Source of the DNA: Dubosiella newyorkensis
GTDB lineage: Bacteria > Bacillota_I > Bacilli_A > Erysipelotrichales > Erysipelotrichaceae
Direction: 5' to 3'
DNA length: 22,629 nucleotides
Assembly: GCF_001945605.1 (NCBI RefSeq)
Contig: NZ_MPKA01000085.1
Location: 1 to 22,629, forward strand
The notes below the pieces were generated by a model that worked only from the letters and a program-made list of their open reading frames with translations, ran no database searches and was not told the origin of the DNA. Below are positions 9,216-18,487 of the stretch, one piece after another (positions within the stretch are counted from its first letter, which is position 1; each line of letters opens with the position of its first letter). The translations under genes and the position numbers were made by a program.

Positions 9216-9853
9216 GTGATTCCAAAAAAATAACGTCCTGGCTTCCAGTTGAAATTAAAAATCAATGGATGCAAGCGCAAGAGGATTCCGATCTTTGCAA
9301 AATGGTCGAAGTGATCGATAAAAAGGATTGGCTTGGGATCAAGAAAGCGATGTATGCCCGATTTTATGTGATGCAGATGGAGAAAGCGGAAAAAGAAAAA
9401 AAACCGATGACATATACGTTTGACAACTTACGCTCTTGGCGACGCTCTTCTGCGTTCAAACAAATCGAGAAGACAATCCGGAAAGAATATGAAGAAAAGT
9501 TTACGATGACTGGTTTGATGATCGTGATGAGTGGAACGATGGTCTTATTCTTTTTACGCGCTTTGCTGGCTGGGATCTATTTGATCAACTTTTCCGTGGA
9601 CGCGATCGTAGGCGTGATCGGTTTGGTGATCTTGGTCACCAATCTGCAGGTCAAATACCGGATGATCCATTCCTGCACGAAAAGCCGCGATTTTCTTTAT
9701 ATGGATGTTAGCTCTTTTTTGCTAAGTTTTTTATTGAAACTTATGCTTCCTCCAAACTTGGATTTTACTCTTGTCGTTTTGCTTGTCGCCTATTTTGTCG
9801 AAAAAAACAAGTTCTCAAAAATCCTTTATTCGATTCCTAACGAAGGTAGATAG
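9212..9853 (+). CDS. Hypothetical membrane protein (213 aa): about 95-aa charged soluble N-terminal region plus 3-4 predicted TM helices
   Basis: The start codon overlaps the aminopeptidase stop (ATGA at 9212..9215). Hydrophobic segments include LMIVMSGTMVLFFLRALLAGIYLI, AIVGVIGLVILV, FLLSFLLKLML and FTLVVLLVAYFV. I recognise no family. Confidence 0.6.
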   Translation: MSDSKKITSWLPVEIKNQWMQAQEDSDLCKMVEVIDKKDWLGIKKAMYARFYVMQMEKAEKEKKPMTYTFDNLRSWRRSSAFKQIEKTIRKEYEEKFTMTGLMIVMSGTMVLFFLRALLAGIYLINFSVDAIVGVIGLVILVTNLQVKYRMIHSCTKSRDFLYMDVSSFLLSFLLKLMLPPNLDFTLVVLLVAYFVEKNKFSKILYSIPNEGR

Positions 9854-9859
9854 AATAAG

Positions 9860-9888
9860 TTTACAAGGAGATGCGAAAGGCGTACAAT
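9860..9888 (+). promoter_or_regulatory. Promoter of the FMN-riboswitch/ribU unit
   Basis: TTTACA (9860..9865), 17-nt spacer, TACAAT (9883..9888). This places the transcription start about 10 nt before the aptamer. Confidence 0.6.
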
Positions 9889-9906
9889 AATAGCGCATAG
9901 AATAAA

Positions 9907-10011
9907 TCTTCAGGGCAGAGTGAAATTCTCTACTGGCGGTATACTCCGCGAACCTACGGGCCGAATCGGTGAAACTCCGATAGCAACAGTTAAAGTCTGG
10001 ATGAAAGAAGA
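9907..10011 (+). promoter_or_regulatory. FMN riboswitch (RFN element) aptamer
   Basis: TCTTCAGGGCAGAGTGAAATTCTCTACTGGCGGT...CCGCGA...CGGTGAAACTCCGATAGCAACAGTTAAAGTCTGGATGAAAGAAGA matches the conserved RFN core. P1 pairs TCTTC (9907..9911) with GAAGA (10007..10011). A riboflavin transporter gene lies downstream. Confidence 0.92.
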
Positions 10012-10042
10012 GTTTTTTCAATGACCTTTTTTAATAGTCTGA

Positions 10043-10085
10043 AAAACGCACCTAGAAGTTTATTTTAGGCGCGTTTTCTTTATTT
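10043..10085 (+). terminator. Riboswitch expression-platform hairpin (terminator-like)
   Basis: AAAACGCACCTAGAA (10043..10057) pairs with TTTTAGGCGCGTTTT (10063..10077). That is 15 positions with one mismatch and one G-U pair, and a GTTTA loop. CTTTATTT follows. I could not trace the antiterminator alternative confidently. Confidence 0.55.
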
Positions 10086-10100
10086 AAGGAGGGTTAAAAA

Positions 10101-10748
10101 ATGGAAAATTCGAAAACGAAAAAAATCACAGTGATTGGTCTTCTTTGCGCGATGGCAATGGTCTTGAATCTTTTGATCTCGTTTCCGATCGTCCCAGCGG
10201 TTCCTTTTTTGAAGTTTGATCCAAAGGATATCATTATCGTCATTGGTGGATTTATGTATGGTCCTATGACGGCACTGATCATTTCCGCGATCACTTCTGT
10301 GCTCGAATTGCTCTTTCGCGGCGGAACGATCTTAGATGTTCTCATGAACATGATCGCTTCATGTACCTATGCTTGCACAGCCGCCTTTATTTATAAAAAG
10401 ATGCATACGAAGCAAGGCGCGATGATCGGATTGATCGTGGGGACTTTGTTCAATTGTGTTTCGATGGTGATCTGGAACTATATCGTGACGCCCATCTATT
10501 ATGGAATGCCGCGAGAAGCTGTAGTGAACTTGCTGTTGCCAGGAATCGTGCCTTTCAACTTGATCAAATGCGGGATCAATTCGGGCGCGACACTTTTGAT
10601 CTATAAGCCGATCGTAACAGCTTTACGCCATTCTGGACTCGTGAAAGAATCGACACATGTATCCACGAGCAAAGGAATGGCAGCCGTTGGAGGTTTTCTA
10701 TTTGTGAGCGCGCTCTTGATCGTTTGCACGCTCAATGGAATGTTTTAA
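10101..10748 (+). CDS. ribU: Riboflavin transporter RibU (ECF-transporter S component)
   Basis: The 215-aa multi-TM product resembles B. subtilis YpaA/RibU (LKFDPKD...YGP; GIVPFNLIKCG) and lies directly behind an FMN riboswitch. There is a GGAGG RBS. No ECF A/T genes are adjacent. Confidence 0.85.
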   Translation: MENSKTKKITVIGLLCAMAMVLNLLISFPIVPAVPFLKFDPKDIIIVIGGFMYGPMTALIISAITSVLELLFRGGTILDVLMNMIASCTYACTAAFIYKKMHTKQGAMIGLIVGTLFNCVSMVIWNYIVTPIYYGMPREAVVNLLLPGIVPFNLIKCGINSGATLLIYKPIVTALRHSGLVKESTHVSTSKGMAAVGGFLFVSALLIVCTLNGMF

Positions 10749-10760
10749 AGGGAGCAAGGT

Positions 10761-11216
10761 ATGAAATTCGAAGAAGCAAAAAAAATCATGGATGAAAAAT
10801 TGGGAGATTGGAAGATCATGGCGCTCGCCACGAGTGTCGATGATTATCCGATGGTCCGAAACGTCAGCTGCTTGTTTTATCATGATAAGATCTATTTCAA
10901 GACGGATAAGAATTTCCGCAAGACGAGACAGCTATATGAGAATCCACGAGTAGCTATGTGCTGGAATGGAGTGCAAGTCGAAGGGATCGCCGCCATTAAA
11001 GGTCTAGTTATCGAAGAAGAAGGAAGAATCTTCGAGCAGCTTTATAAAAAATTTCTTTGGCAATCCTACAACGCTTATTCGCACGAGGATACGGAGATAT
11101 TGGTTGAAGTCACGCCTAAATTCGTAGAGATCTGGGATGAAGATGAAAACCGGAACGCTTTTCAGCTCTTCTTGGATTTTGACACGGAGCAGGTAGAATA
11201 CAAGCCTTACGATTAA
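10761..11216 (+). CDS. Pyridoxamine-5'-phosphate-oxidase-like (FMN-binding split-barrel) family protein, 151 aa
   Basis: The N-terminal pattern ...IMALATSVDDYPMVRNVSCLFYHDKIYFKTDKNFRKTRQLYENPRVAMC... is typical of small PNPOx-family proteins. The gene starts 12 nt after ribU with its own GGGAG RBS. This assignment is by eye only. Confidence 0.6.
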   Translation: MKFEEAKKIMDEKLGDWKIMALATSVDDYPMVRNVSCLFYHDKIYFKTDKNFRKTRQLYENPRVAMCWNGVQVEGIAAIKGLVIEEEGRIFEQLYKKFLWQSYNAYSHEDTEILVEVTPKFVEIWDEDENRNAFQLFLDFDTEQVEYKPYD

Positions 11217-11231
11217 GTAAATAATGATGAT

Positions 11232-11258
11232 AAACAGGGTTGAATTCCCTGTTTTTGT
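11232..11258 (+). terminator. Intrinsic terminator of the ribU unit
   Basis: AAACAGGG / CCCTGTTT forms a perfect 8-bp stem with a 7-nt loop, followed by TTTTTGT. Confidence 0.8.
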
Positions 11259-11268
11259 ATGCTATTAT
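11240..11268 (+). promoter_or_regulatory. Putative S10-operon promoter, overlapping the preceding terminator
   Basis: TTGAAT (11240..11245, in the terminator loop), 17-nt spacer, TATTAT (11263..11268). This implies a leader of about 110 nt before rpsJ. Confidence 0.5.
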
Positions 11269-11383
11269 CTTTTAGCACTGCGTAGAAGTGCGAGGTTGCT
11301 GACCCACTGAAAAGCGTTGTCATGGGTGAGTCAGGTAATTCGCATGGAGCATGTTTATCTAGAATAAACGAAAGGAGCAAACC

Positions 11384-11695
11384 ATGGCAAACAATACAAT
11401 GAGAATTCGCTTAAAAGCGTATGAGCACCGGATTTTGGATGAAAGTGCTAAAAAAATCGTCGATGCTGCTACAAAGCACGGAGCTAAAAAAGTCATCGGC
11501 CCAGTACCGCTTCCAACAGAAAAGCAAGTGGTTACGATTCTTCGTGCAGTTCACAAATACAAAGATTCACGTGAACAATTTGAAATGCGTACGCATAAGC
11601 GTTTGATTGAGATCGTTGCACCAAATAAGGAAACAATCGATTCTTTACAAAGACTTGAACTTCCTAGCGGTGTTGACATCGAGATTAAACTTTAA
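11384..11695 (+). CDS. rpsJ: 30S ribosomal protein S10
   Basis: [19 protein letters not shown]...RTHKRLIEI matches S10. It is the first gene of the cluster. Confidence 0.98.
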   Translation: MANNTMRIRLKAYEHRILDESAKKIVDAATKHGAKKVIGPVPLPTEKQVVTILRAVHKYKDSREQFEMRTHKRLIEIVAPNKETIDSLQRLELPSGVDIEIKL

Positions 11696-11709
11696 TGGAG
11701 GTGTCAAAG

Positions 11710-12405
11710 ATGAAAGGTCTATTAGGAAGAAAATTAGGGATGACTCAAGTTTTCTCTGAAGACGGAGAATTGATCCCTGTTACCGTCGTAGAAGCTACTC
11801 CAAATGTGGTTCTTCAAGTAAAAACGACACAGACAGATGGCTATGAAGCTGTGCAGCTTGGCTTTGAAGATATCAAAGAGCGCAGAGCAACAAAGGCGAA
11901 CATCGGTCATACAAAAAAAGCAGGAACTGGACCTAAACGTTTCGTTCGTGAAGTTCGCGATTGTGAACTGGATCTGAACGTTGGAGATACAGTCAGCGTT
12001 AATATTTTCGAACCAGGTGAAACTGTGGATGTGATCGGTACGAGCAAAGGTAAAGGTTACCAAGGTACGATCGTCCGCAACAATGCGCATCAAGGACCAA
12101 AAACACATGGTGGATCGAAGAACATCCGTCATATCGGTTCGTTGGCTACAAACGGTATCACTTCGCGTCAAGGACGTATCATGAAGGGTACTGTTATGGC
12201 TGGTCAAGAAGGTGGATACCGCACGACGAATCCAAACTTGACAGTGATCAAAGTTGATCCTGAAAAGAATTACTTATTGATCAAAGGCTGCGTGCCAGGG
12301 CCTAAAAAAGGTTTGGTCATGGTTCGTACTGCTAAAACTTCCAAAGGAAACAAAGCCCCTGTGACTTTGGTTGACTATACGGTAAACGAGGAGGTTAGTG
12401 AATAA
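11710..12405 (+). CDS. rplC: 50S ribosomal protein L3
   Basis: ORF trimmed to the ATG at 11710 (MKGLLGRKLGMTQVF), which has a GGAGG RBS 8 nt upstream. Confidence 0.97.
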   Translation: MKGLLGRKLGMTQVFSEDGELIPVTVVEATPNVVLQVKTTQTDGYEAVQLGFEDIKERRATKANIGHTKKAGTGPKRFVREVRDCELDLNVGDTVSVNIFEPGETVDVIGTSKGKGYQGTIVRNNAHQGPKTHGGSKNIRHIGSLATNGITSRQGRIMKGTVMAGQEGGYRTTNPNLTVIKVDPEKNYLLIKGCVPGPKKGLVMVRTAKTSKGNKAPVTLVDYTVNEEVSE

Positions 12406-13034
12406 TGGCTACATTAGATGTTATTAATCAAACTGGCGATGTTGTTGGTTCGATCGATTTAAACGATGAAGTGTTTGGGATCGTTCCAAACCAGCAAGCT
12501 TTGTTCGATGCTCTCGTGATGCAGCAAGCAGCGCGTCGTCAAGGAACAGCGAGCACGAGAGGACGTTCTGAAGTCCGTGGCGGTGGACGCAAGCCTTATC
12601 GTCAAAAAGGAACGGGTCGCGCTCGTCAAGGTTCGATCCGCGCTCCTCAATATCGTGGCGGCGGAACGGTGTTTGGCGCTCATCCTAGAAGCTATGGCTA
12701 CCGTTTGAATAAAAAAGTTCGTCGTCTTGCACTTAAATCTGCATTGAGCGATAAAGTCTTGGCAGAAGCGATGAACGTTATGGATACATTGGAGCTGGCT
12801 GCCCCAAAAACAAAAGATTTCGTGGCAGTTGTAGAAGCGATCAAAGCGCCATATAAAACATTGTTCGTATTAGGTGAAAACGAAAATAACGTGAACGCGA
12901 TGTTGTCCGCTAGAAATATTCCTGGTGTAAGCATGATGACTTCAAAAGGAATCAACGTATACGATTTAGTAAACGCGAATAGAATCGTAGTAACTAGCGC
13001 TGCAGTGAAAGAAATCGAGGAGGCGTTAGCATAA
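12405..13034 (+). CDS. rplD: 50S ribosomal protein L4
   Basis: Contains [19 protein letters not shown]. The start forms a TAATG overlap with rplC. Confidence 0.97.
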   Translation: MATLDVINQTGDVVGSIDLNDEVFGIVPNQQALFDALVMQQAARRQGTASTRGRSEVRGGGRKPYRQKGTGRARQGSIRAPQYRGGGTVFGAHPRSYGYRLNKKVRRLALKSALSDKVLAEAMNVMDTLELAAPKTKDFVAVVEAIKAPYKTLFVLGENENNVNAMLSARNIPGVSMMTSKGINVYDLVNANRIVVTSAAVKEIEEALA

Positions 13035-13324
13035 TGGTAGATTATAGAGACGTGATCCTTCGCCCGATCATTACCGAAAAGTCGATGAAGCTCATGGCTG
13101 AAGACAATAAAGTGACTTTTGAAGTTGCTAAGGGCGCAACAAAAGTGGAAGTGAAATTAGCTGTTGAAGCTTTGTTCCACGTAGATGTTGAAAAAGTCAA
13201 TATCTTGAATGTAAAACCAAAACCAAAACGCGTTGGACGTTTTACAGGAAAAACAAAAGCGGTCCGCAAAGCGATCGTAAAACTTAAAGAAGGACAAACA
13301 ATCGATTTGTTTGGTGAAGAATAA
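13034..13324 (+). CDS. rplW: 50S ribosomal protein L23
   Basis: [10 protein letters not shown]...[13 protein letters not shown] matches L23. The start forms a TAATG overlap with rplD. Confidence 0.97.
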   Translation: MVDYRDVILRPIITEKSMKLMAEDNKVTFEVAKGATKVEVKLAVEALFHVDVEKVNILNVKPKPKRVGRFTGKTKAVRKAIVKLKEGQTIDLFGEE

Positions 13325-13382
13325 TCAGGGAGAAGTCGCTATTTCCTGAATAAATATTGCGAATAGGAGGAAAAAACAGTTT

Positions 13383-14216
13383 ATGCCTATTAAAAAGTAT
13401 AAACCTACTACACCTGGCCGTCGTGGCATGTCGACATTGACATTTGAAGAAATCACGAAGAAGACGCCAGAAAAAAGTTTGGTTACATCTTTGACAAGCA
13501 AAGGTGGACGAAACAATACAGGTCGTATCACGACACGTCATCAAGGTGGCGGACATAAAAGAAAATATCGTATCATCGACTTCAAACGTCGCAAGGACAA
13601 TGTTCCAGCAAAAGTCGCTGCGATCGAATACGATCCAAATCGTACTTGCAACATCGCGCTTCTCCACTATGTAGATGGTGAGAAACGCTACATTCTTGCT
13701 CCAAAGGGATTAGAAGTTGGTATGAAGGTCGTTTCTGGTCCAGAAGTCGATATCCGTACAGGAAATGCGATGGAACTTAGAAATATGCCTGAAGGTACGA
13801 TCGTTCACAACGTTGAATTAAAACCAGGTAAAGGTGGACAAATGGCGCGTAGTGCCGGAGCTTCTGCCCAGATCCTTGGTATTGAAGATAAATATGTAAC
13901 ATTGCGTCTTACATCTGGAGAAGTTCGTAAGGTTCTAGGTGTTTGTCGCGCAACAGTTGGAACAGTCGGCAATGAAGACCACAGTCTTGTCAATTTAGGT
14001 AAAGCCGGACGCAGCCGTTGGAAAGGAATTCGTCCTACCGTCCGTGGTTCTGTAATGAACCCGAACGATCACCCTCATGGTGGTGGTGAAGGTCGCACTC
14101 CGATCGGACGTAAATCGCCTATGACGCCTTGGGGTAAAAAAGCTCTTGGTGTCAAGACACGTAATAAGAAGAAAGCAAGTACGAAATTGATCGTACGTCG
14201 CCGCAACGGTAAGTAG
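13383..14216 (+). CDS. rplB: 50S ribosomal protein L2
   Basis: Contains [16 protein letters not shown] and [13 protein letters not shown]. Confidence 0.98.
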   Translation: MPIKKYKPTTPGRRGMSTLTFEEITKKTPEKSLVTSLTSKGGRNNTGRITTRHQGGGHKRKYRIIDFKRRKDNVPAKVAAIEYDPNRTCNIALLHYVDGEKRYILAPKGLEVGMKVVSGPEVDIRTGNAMELRNMPEGTIVHNVELKPGKGGQMARSAGASAQILGIEDKYVTLRLTSGEVRKVLGVCRATVGTVGNEDHSLVNLGKAGRSRWKGIRPTVRGSVMNPNDHPHGGGEGRTPIGRKSPMTPWGKKALGVKTRNKKKASTKLIVRRRNGK

Positions 14217-14230
14217 AAGGAGGATAAGAC

Positions 14231-14509
14231 ATGAGTCGTAGTTTGAAAAAAGGTCCTTTCTGTGATGAACACTTGATGAAGAAAGTCATTGCTCTTAACG
14301 AAGCAGGCAAAAAAGAAGTGATCAAAACTTGGAGCCGTCGTTCAACGATCTTCCCTCAATTCGTTGAGCATACTTTCGCAGTACACAACGGAAAAGAACA
14401 CGTTCCTGTGTATGTGACAGAAGATATGGTTGGACACAAGTTGGGAGAATTCGTTCCAACTCGTAAATATGCAAATCACGCAAAAGATGATAAGAAAGGC
14501 AAGAAGTAG
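14231..14509 (+). CDS. rpsS: 30S ribosomal protein S19
   Basis: Contains [10 protein letters not shown] and [11 protein letters not shown]. Confidence 0.98.
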   Translation: MSRSLKKGPFCDEHLMKKVIALNEAGKKEVIKTWSRRSTIFPQFVEHTFAVHNGKEHVPVYVTEDMVGHKLGEFVPTRKYANHAKDDKKGKK

Positions 14510-14518
14510 GAGGTAGAG

Positions 14519-14857
14519 ATGATGGAAGTAAAAGCAACCGCAAAAACTGTTCGCATTCAGCCTCGTAAAGTAAGACTTGTCTTGGATCTTATTCGAGGCA
14601 AGAGCGTGGAAGAAGCAGCAGCGATCTGCAAATTCTTGCCAAACAAAGGTGGCGAGATCGTAGGTAAAGTATTGAAGTCTGCCATCGCCAACGCAGTTCA
14701 TAATAATGATTTAGATGAAGCAAAACTTTATGTTAAGGCTTGCTATGCAGACGAAGGGATGACGATGAAAAGATTCATGCCTCGCGCAAAAGGGAGCGCA
14801 AGCCCAATTATGAAACGTACCAGCCACGTAACAGTCGTTGTGGCTGAGAAGGAATAG
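14519..14857 (+). CDS. rplV: 50S ribosomal protein L22
   Basis: Contains [17 protein letters not shown]. The start could be either tandem ATG (14519 or 14522). Confidence 0.96.
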   Translation: MMEVKATAKTVRIQPRKVRLVLDLIRGKSVEEAAAICKFLPNKGGEIVGKVLKSAIANAVHNNDLDEAKLYVKACYADEGMTMKRFMPRAKGSASPIMKRTSHVTVVVAEKE

Positions 14858-14867
14858 GAGGATCGAA

Positions 14868-15719
14868 ATGGGTCAAAAAGTTAGTCCGATCGGAATGCGT
14901 GTCGGAATCATCCGTGATTGGCAATCTAGATGGTATTCGGATGATAAAGAATTCGGAACATTATTGATGGAAGATGTCAAAATCCGTGACTTTATCGAAG
15001 ATTACTATGCAAAATTGTCTGCGAGCGCAGCCGATAAAAGAAAAGCCGATCCTCAAATCTCAAGAATTGAGATTGAAAGAACAAACAATCGCTTGACGAT
15101 CATCATCCGTACAGCGCACCCAGGTGTCGTAATCGGACAAGATGGAAAATCAATCGAAGGATTAAAGAAAAAAATCGTTAAGATGACGAACGTGAAAAAC
15201 GTTCAGATCAATGTCGTAGAGATCGCAAATCCAAACTTGGACGCTCGTTTGGTTGCACGCTGGATCGCGAACGAACTCGAAAATCGTAAATCTTTCCGCG
15301 CGACACAGAAAAAAGCGATCCAAAACACGATGCGCGCTGGAGCGAAAGGAATCAAAACTTCGGTTTCTGGTCGTTTAGCAGGCGCGGATATCGCACGTAC
15401 AGAAGGATATTCTGAAGGTGTAGTTCCTTTGCATACACTTCGTTCCGATATCGACTACGCATGGGAAGAAGCTGCTACGACTTATGGTCGTCTTGGTGTC
15501 AAGGTTTGGATCTGCCGCGGTGAAGTATTGCCTGGCGAAATGGTCAAAGAACCTGAAGCTCCAAAACAACGTCCAATGCGTAACCGTAGAAGAAACAATC
15601 GTCGTCCAGATGGCCGCAACAATAACCGTAATGGACGTCAAGCAAATGCGAAGGGCGCAAATGCTGAAAAAGCGGCCGCTCCTGTAAACAAAGGAGGTAA
15701 CGAAGATGTTAATGCCTAA
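14868..15719 (+). CDS. rpsC: 30S ribosomal protein S3, with an Arg/Asn-rich C-terminal extension of about 50 aa (283 aa total)
   Basis: ORF trimmed to the ATG at 14868 ([13 protein letters not shown]), which has an AGGAGG RBS. The conserved body ends near RGEVLPGE and the tail runs 15540..15716. Confidence 0.96.
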   Translation: MGQKVSPIGMRVGIIRDWQSRWYSDDKEFGTLLMEDVKIRDFIEDYYAKLSASAADKRKADPQISRIEIERTNNRLTIIIRTAHPGVVIGQDGKSIEGLKKKIVKMTNVKNVQINVVEIANPNLDARLVARWIANELENRKSFRATQKKAIQNTMRAGAKGIKTSVSGRLAGADIARTEGYSEGVVPLHTLRSDIDYAWEEAATTYGRLGVKVWICRGEVLPGEMVKEPEAPKQRPMRNRRRNNRRPDGRNNNRNGRQANAKGANAEKAAAPVNKGGNEDVNA

Positions 15720-16122
15720 ACGTACAAAATATCGTCGTCCACACCGCTTGAGCTACGAAGGAAGAAGCAAGGCTGGACGTTCGGTAGATTTTGGTGAATA
15801 TGGTCTTGTTGCTGAATCAGGCAACTATGTAAGCAACCGTCAAATCGAGGCAGCCCGTATTGCCATGACACGTTATATGAAACGTGGCGGTAAAGTATGG
15901 ATCCGTATCTTCCCACATATGGCAAGAACGAAAAAACCTCTTGAAGTCCGCATGGGTTCAGGTAAAGGTGCTCCAGAAGGTTGGGTAGCTGTTGTAAAAC
16001 CAGGACGAGTTATGTTCGAGGTTGGCGGAGTGAGCGAAGAAGTAGCTCGTGAAGCGCTTCGTCTTGCTGCGCACAAGCTTCCAGTAAAAACTCGTTTTGT
16101 TAGAAAAGGAGAAGTCGAATAA
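15706..16122 (+). CDS. rplP: 50S ribosomal protein L16
   Basis: [14 protein letters not shown] matches L16. It overlaps the rpsC 3' end by 14 nt, and its GGAGG RBS lies inside the rpsC tail. Confidence 0.98.
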   Translation: MLMPKRTKYRRPHRLSYEGRSKAGRSVDFGEYGLVAESGNYVSNRQIEAARIAMTRYMKRGGKVWIRIFPHMARTKKPLEVRMGSGKGAPEGWVAVVKPGRVMFEVGGVSEEVAREALRLAAHKLPVKTRFVRKGEVE

Positions 16123-16319
16123 TGAACGCTAAAGAAATTCGCGAAAAATCCAATGAAGAGCTATTAAAAGATATCGATGCCCTGAAAGATGAATTATTTA
16201 ACCTCCGTTTTCAACAGGCAACTGGTCAGCTTGAAAATACTGCTCGTTTAAGAACCGTTAAGAAAACGATCGCTCGTATCAAAACGATCATGACTGAGCG
16301 CGAAAACGCAAATAAGTAG
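16122..16319 (+). CDS. rpmC: 50S ribosomal protein L29
   Basis: Contains [16 protein letters not shown]. The start forms a TAATG overlap with rplP. Confidence 0.96.
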   Translation: MNAKEIREKSNEELLKDIDALKDELFNLRFQQATGQLENTARLRTVKKTIARIKTIMTERENANK

Positions 16320-16331
16320 GAGGGCAGCTCG

Positions 16332-16589
16332 ATGGAAAGAAATCAACGTAAAACATACCGTGGAACTGTTGTTTCCGACAAAATGGATAAAACGATCACA
16401 GTTGCGGTAGAAACAAAGAAAGTACATCCGCTTTATGGTAAGCGTGTAAAATATACAAAGAAATTCAAAGCGCATGATGAAAACAATGCAGCGCAAATGG
16501 GAGATACAGTTACGATCATGGAAACTCGTCCTCTTTCTGCTACAAAACGTTTCCGTCTTGTTGAAATCAACAAAAAAGCGCAAGGATAA
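16332..16589 (+). CDS. rpsQ: 30S ribosomal protein S17
   Basis: Contains [14 protein letters not shown] and KFKAHDENN. Confidence 0.97.
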   Translation: MERNQRKTYRGTVVSDKMDKTITVAVETKKVHPLYGKRVKYTKKFKAHDENNAAQMGDTVTIMETRPLSATKRFRLVEINKKAQG

Positions 16590-16606
16590 ACTAGGAGGTT
16601 GACACA

Positions 16607-16975
16607 ATGATTCAAAACGAAAGCCGTTTACGTGTCGCTGACAACACAGGGGCTAAGGAAGTCTTAGTCATTCGTTGTTTAGGTGGATCCGTAAGAAAAT
16701 TCGCTAACATCGGCGACATTGTTGTTTGTGCTGTTAAGCAGGCAACTCCTGGTGGAGCCGTTAAAAAAGGTGACGTCGTAAAAGGCGTTATCGTTCGTAC
16801 TCGTCGTGGAGTACGTCGTCCAAATGGTACATATATTCGTTTCGATGACAATGCAGTCGTATTGATCAAGGACGATAAAACACCAAGAGGAACTCGTATT
16901 TTTGGACCGGTAGCTCGTGAGCTTCGTGATCGTGATTTCATGAAGATCGTTTCGTTGGCACCGGAAGTATTATAG
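16607..16975 (+). CDS. rplN: 50S ribosomal protein L14
   Basis: Starts [18 protein letters not shown]. Confidence 0.98.
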   Translation: MIQNESRLRVADNTGAKEVLVIRCLGGSVRKFANIGDIVVCAVKQATPGGAVKKGDVVKGVIVRTRRGVRRPNGTYIRFDDNAVVLIKDDKTPRGTRIFGPVARELRDRDFMKIVSLAPEVL

Positions 16976-16987
16976 GAGGAGTGTCTT

Positions 16988-17311
16988 GTGAGAATTAAAA
17001 AAGGTGATAAAGTTCAAGTCATTACTGGTGCTTACAAAGGCACGATCGGTGAAGTGAAACAAGCTTTCCCGCGCGAAGATAAAGTGATCGTGGAAGGCGT
17101 AAATATCGTAAAAAAACATCAAAAGCCAACACAACAAAATCCAGATGGTGGAATCATCGAAAAAGAAGCGAAGATCCATGTATCGAATGTAATGCTTTAT
17201 GATGAAAAGGCAAAAGCCCCAAGCCGTATTCGTTATGAAATCAGAACGAATAAAGAAGGTAAAAAAGAAAAAGTGCGCATCTTCAAAAAGTCAGGCACAG
17301 AAGTAAAGTAG
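16988..17311 (+). CDS. rplX: 50S ribosomal protein L24 (GTG start)
   Basis: Starts (M)[17 protein letters not shown], behind an AGGAGG RBS. Confidence 0.95.
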   Translation: MRIKKGDKVQVITGAYKGTIGEVKQAFPREDKVIVEGVNIVKKHQKPTQQNPDGGIIEKEAKIHVSNVMLYDEKAKAPSRIRYEIRTNKEGKKEKVRIFKKSGTEVK

Positions 17312-17321
17312 GAGGGTGAAC

Positions 17322-17861
17322 ATGGCACGTTTATTAGATAAATACAAAACGGATGTAGTCCCTCAATTAATGAAGGATTACAATTATTCTTCAATTATGG
17401 AAGTTCCTAAGATCGAGAAAGTCGTAATTAACATCGGTGTTGGCGATGCGATCCAAAACTCGAAGCTTCTTGACGAAGCTGTTGAAGAATTAGCAGCAAT
17501 CTCTGGTCAAGCGCCAGTTATTACAAAAGCAAAGAAATCAATCGCAAACTTTAAATTGCGTGAAGGAATGCCGATCGGAACAAAAGTAACGCTTCGTTCG
17601 GACAAAATGTATGAATTCCTTGATAAGCTATTCAACATTTCTCTTCCTCGTGTTCGTGATTTCCGTGGTGTAAGCGATACGAGCTTTGATGGTCGTGGAA
17701 ACTACACTTTAGGAGTTAAAGAACAAATCATTTTCCCTGAAATCGATTTCGATAAAGTAAACCGCACACGTGGTATGGATATCGTAATCGTAACGACAGC
17801 GAAAACTAACGATGAGGCAAAAGCGCTTCTTAGCGCCATGGGTATGCCTTTCAAAAAATAA
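17322..17861 (+). CDS. rplE: 50S ribosomal protein L5
   Basis: ORF trimmed to the ATG at 17322 (MARLLDKYK...), which has a GGAGG RBS 6 nt upstream. Contains [18 protein letters not shown]. Confidence 0.96.
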   Translation: MARLLDKYKTDVVPQLMKDYNYSSIMEVPKIEKVVINIGVGDAIQNSKLLDEAVEELAAISGQAPVITKAKKSIANFKLREGMPIGTKVTLRSDKMYEFLDKLFNISLPRVRDFRGVSDTSFDGRGNYTLGVKEQIIFPEIDFDKVNRTRGMDIVIVTTAKTNDEAKALLSAMGMPFKK

Positions 17862-17873
17862 GAGGAGGAAACA

Positions 17874-18059
17874 ATGGCTAAAAAAGCAATGATCAATAAA
17901 CAACAACGCCCGCAGAAGTTTAAAGTTCGCGAATATACGCGTTGCGAGCGTTGTGGACGTCCACACTCTGTTTTAAAGAAATATAAATTATGCCGTATTT
18001 GCTTCAGAGAATTGGCCTATAAAGGACAGATCCCTGGAGTTAAGAAGGCAAGCTGGTAA
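17874..18059 (+). CDS. rpsN: 30S ribosomal protein S14, short zinc-ribbon (type Z, C+) form, 61 aa
   Basis: Carries CERCGRP...CRICFRE, i.e. two CxxC pairs. It sits in the conserved spc position. Confidence 0.96.
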   Translation: MAKKAMINKQQRPQKFKVREYTRCERCGRPHSVLKKYKLCRICFRELAYKGQIPGVKKASW

Positions 18060-18076
18060 CAAGGAGGCATTGAATT

Positions 18077-18472
18077 ATGAACATGACTGATCCAATTGCG
18101 GATATGCTTACTAGAATCCGTAATGCTTTACAACAAAAACATGAAACGGTAAGCATGCCTTCAAGTAAAGAAAAAGCAGCAATTGCAGAAATCTTAAAGA
18201 GTGAAGGATATATCAACAACTACAAGATCGAAGGCGACAAGAAAAAAGAATTGACGATCGATCTAAAATATGGAAAAAATGGAGAACGCGTAATTAGCGG
18301 ACTTCGTCGGATCTCTAAACCAGGACTTCGCGTATACGCTAAGGTCGACGATCTTCCACGCGTATTGAACGGTTTAGGTACTGCGATCATTTCTACTTCA
18401 AGTGGAATGATGACTGAAAAAGACGCAAAGAAAAACCACAAAGGTGGAGAAGTCATTGCGTACATTTGGTAA
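18077..18472 (+). CDS. rpsH: 30S ribosomal protein S8
   Basis: Starts [17 protein letters not shown]. Confidence 0.97.
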   Translation: MNMTDPIADMLTRIRNALQQKHETVSMPSSKEKAAIAEILKSEGYINNYKIEGDKKKELTIDLKYGKNGERVISGLRRISKPGLRVYAKVDDLPRVLNGLGTAIISTSSGMMTEKDAKKNHKGGEVIAYIW

Positions 18473-18487
18473 TTAGGAGGAAAATAA

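Noticed and set aside
9815-10021. 68-aa minus-strand ORF
   Set aside because: It lies across the FMN riboswitch aptamer, and the RNA element explains the conservation-like sequence.
13325-13382. Unusually long (58-nt) rplW-rplB spacer with a weak CAGG...CCTG hairpin
   Set aside because: The stem is only 4-5 bp with a mismatch and no T-run, which is not enough to call an attenuator or regulatory element.
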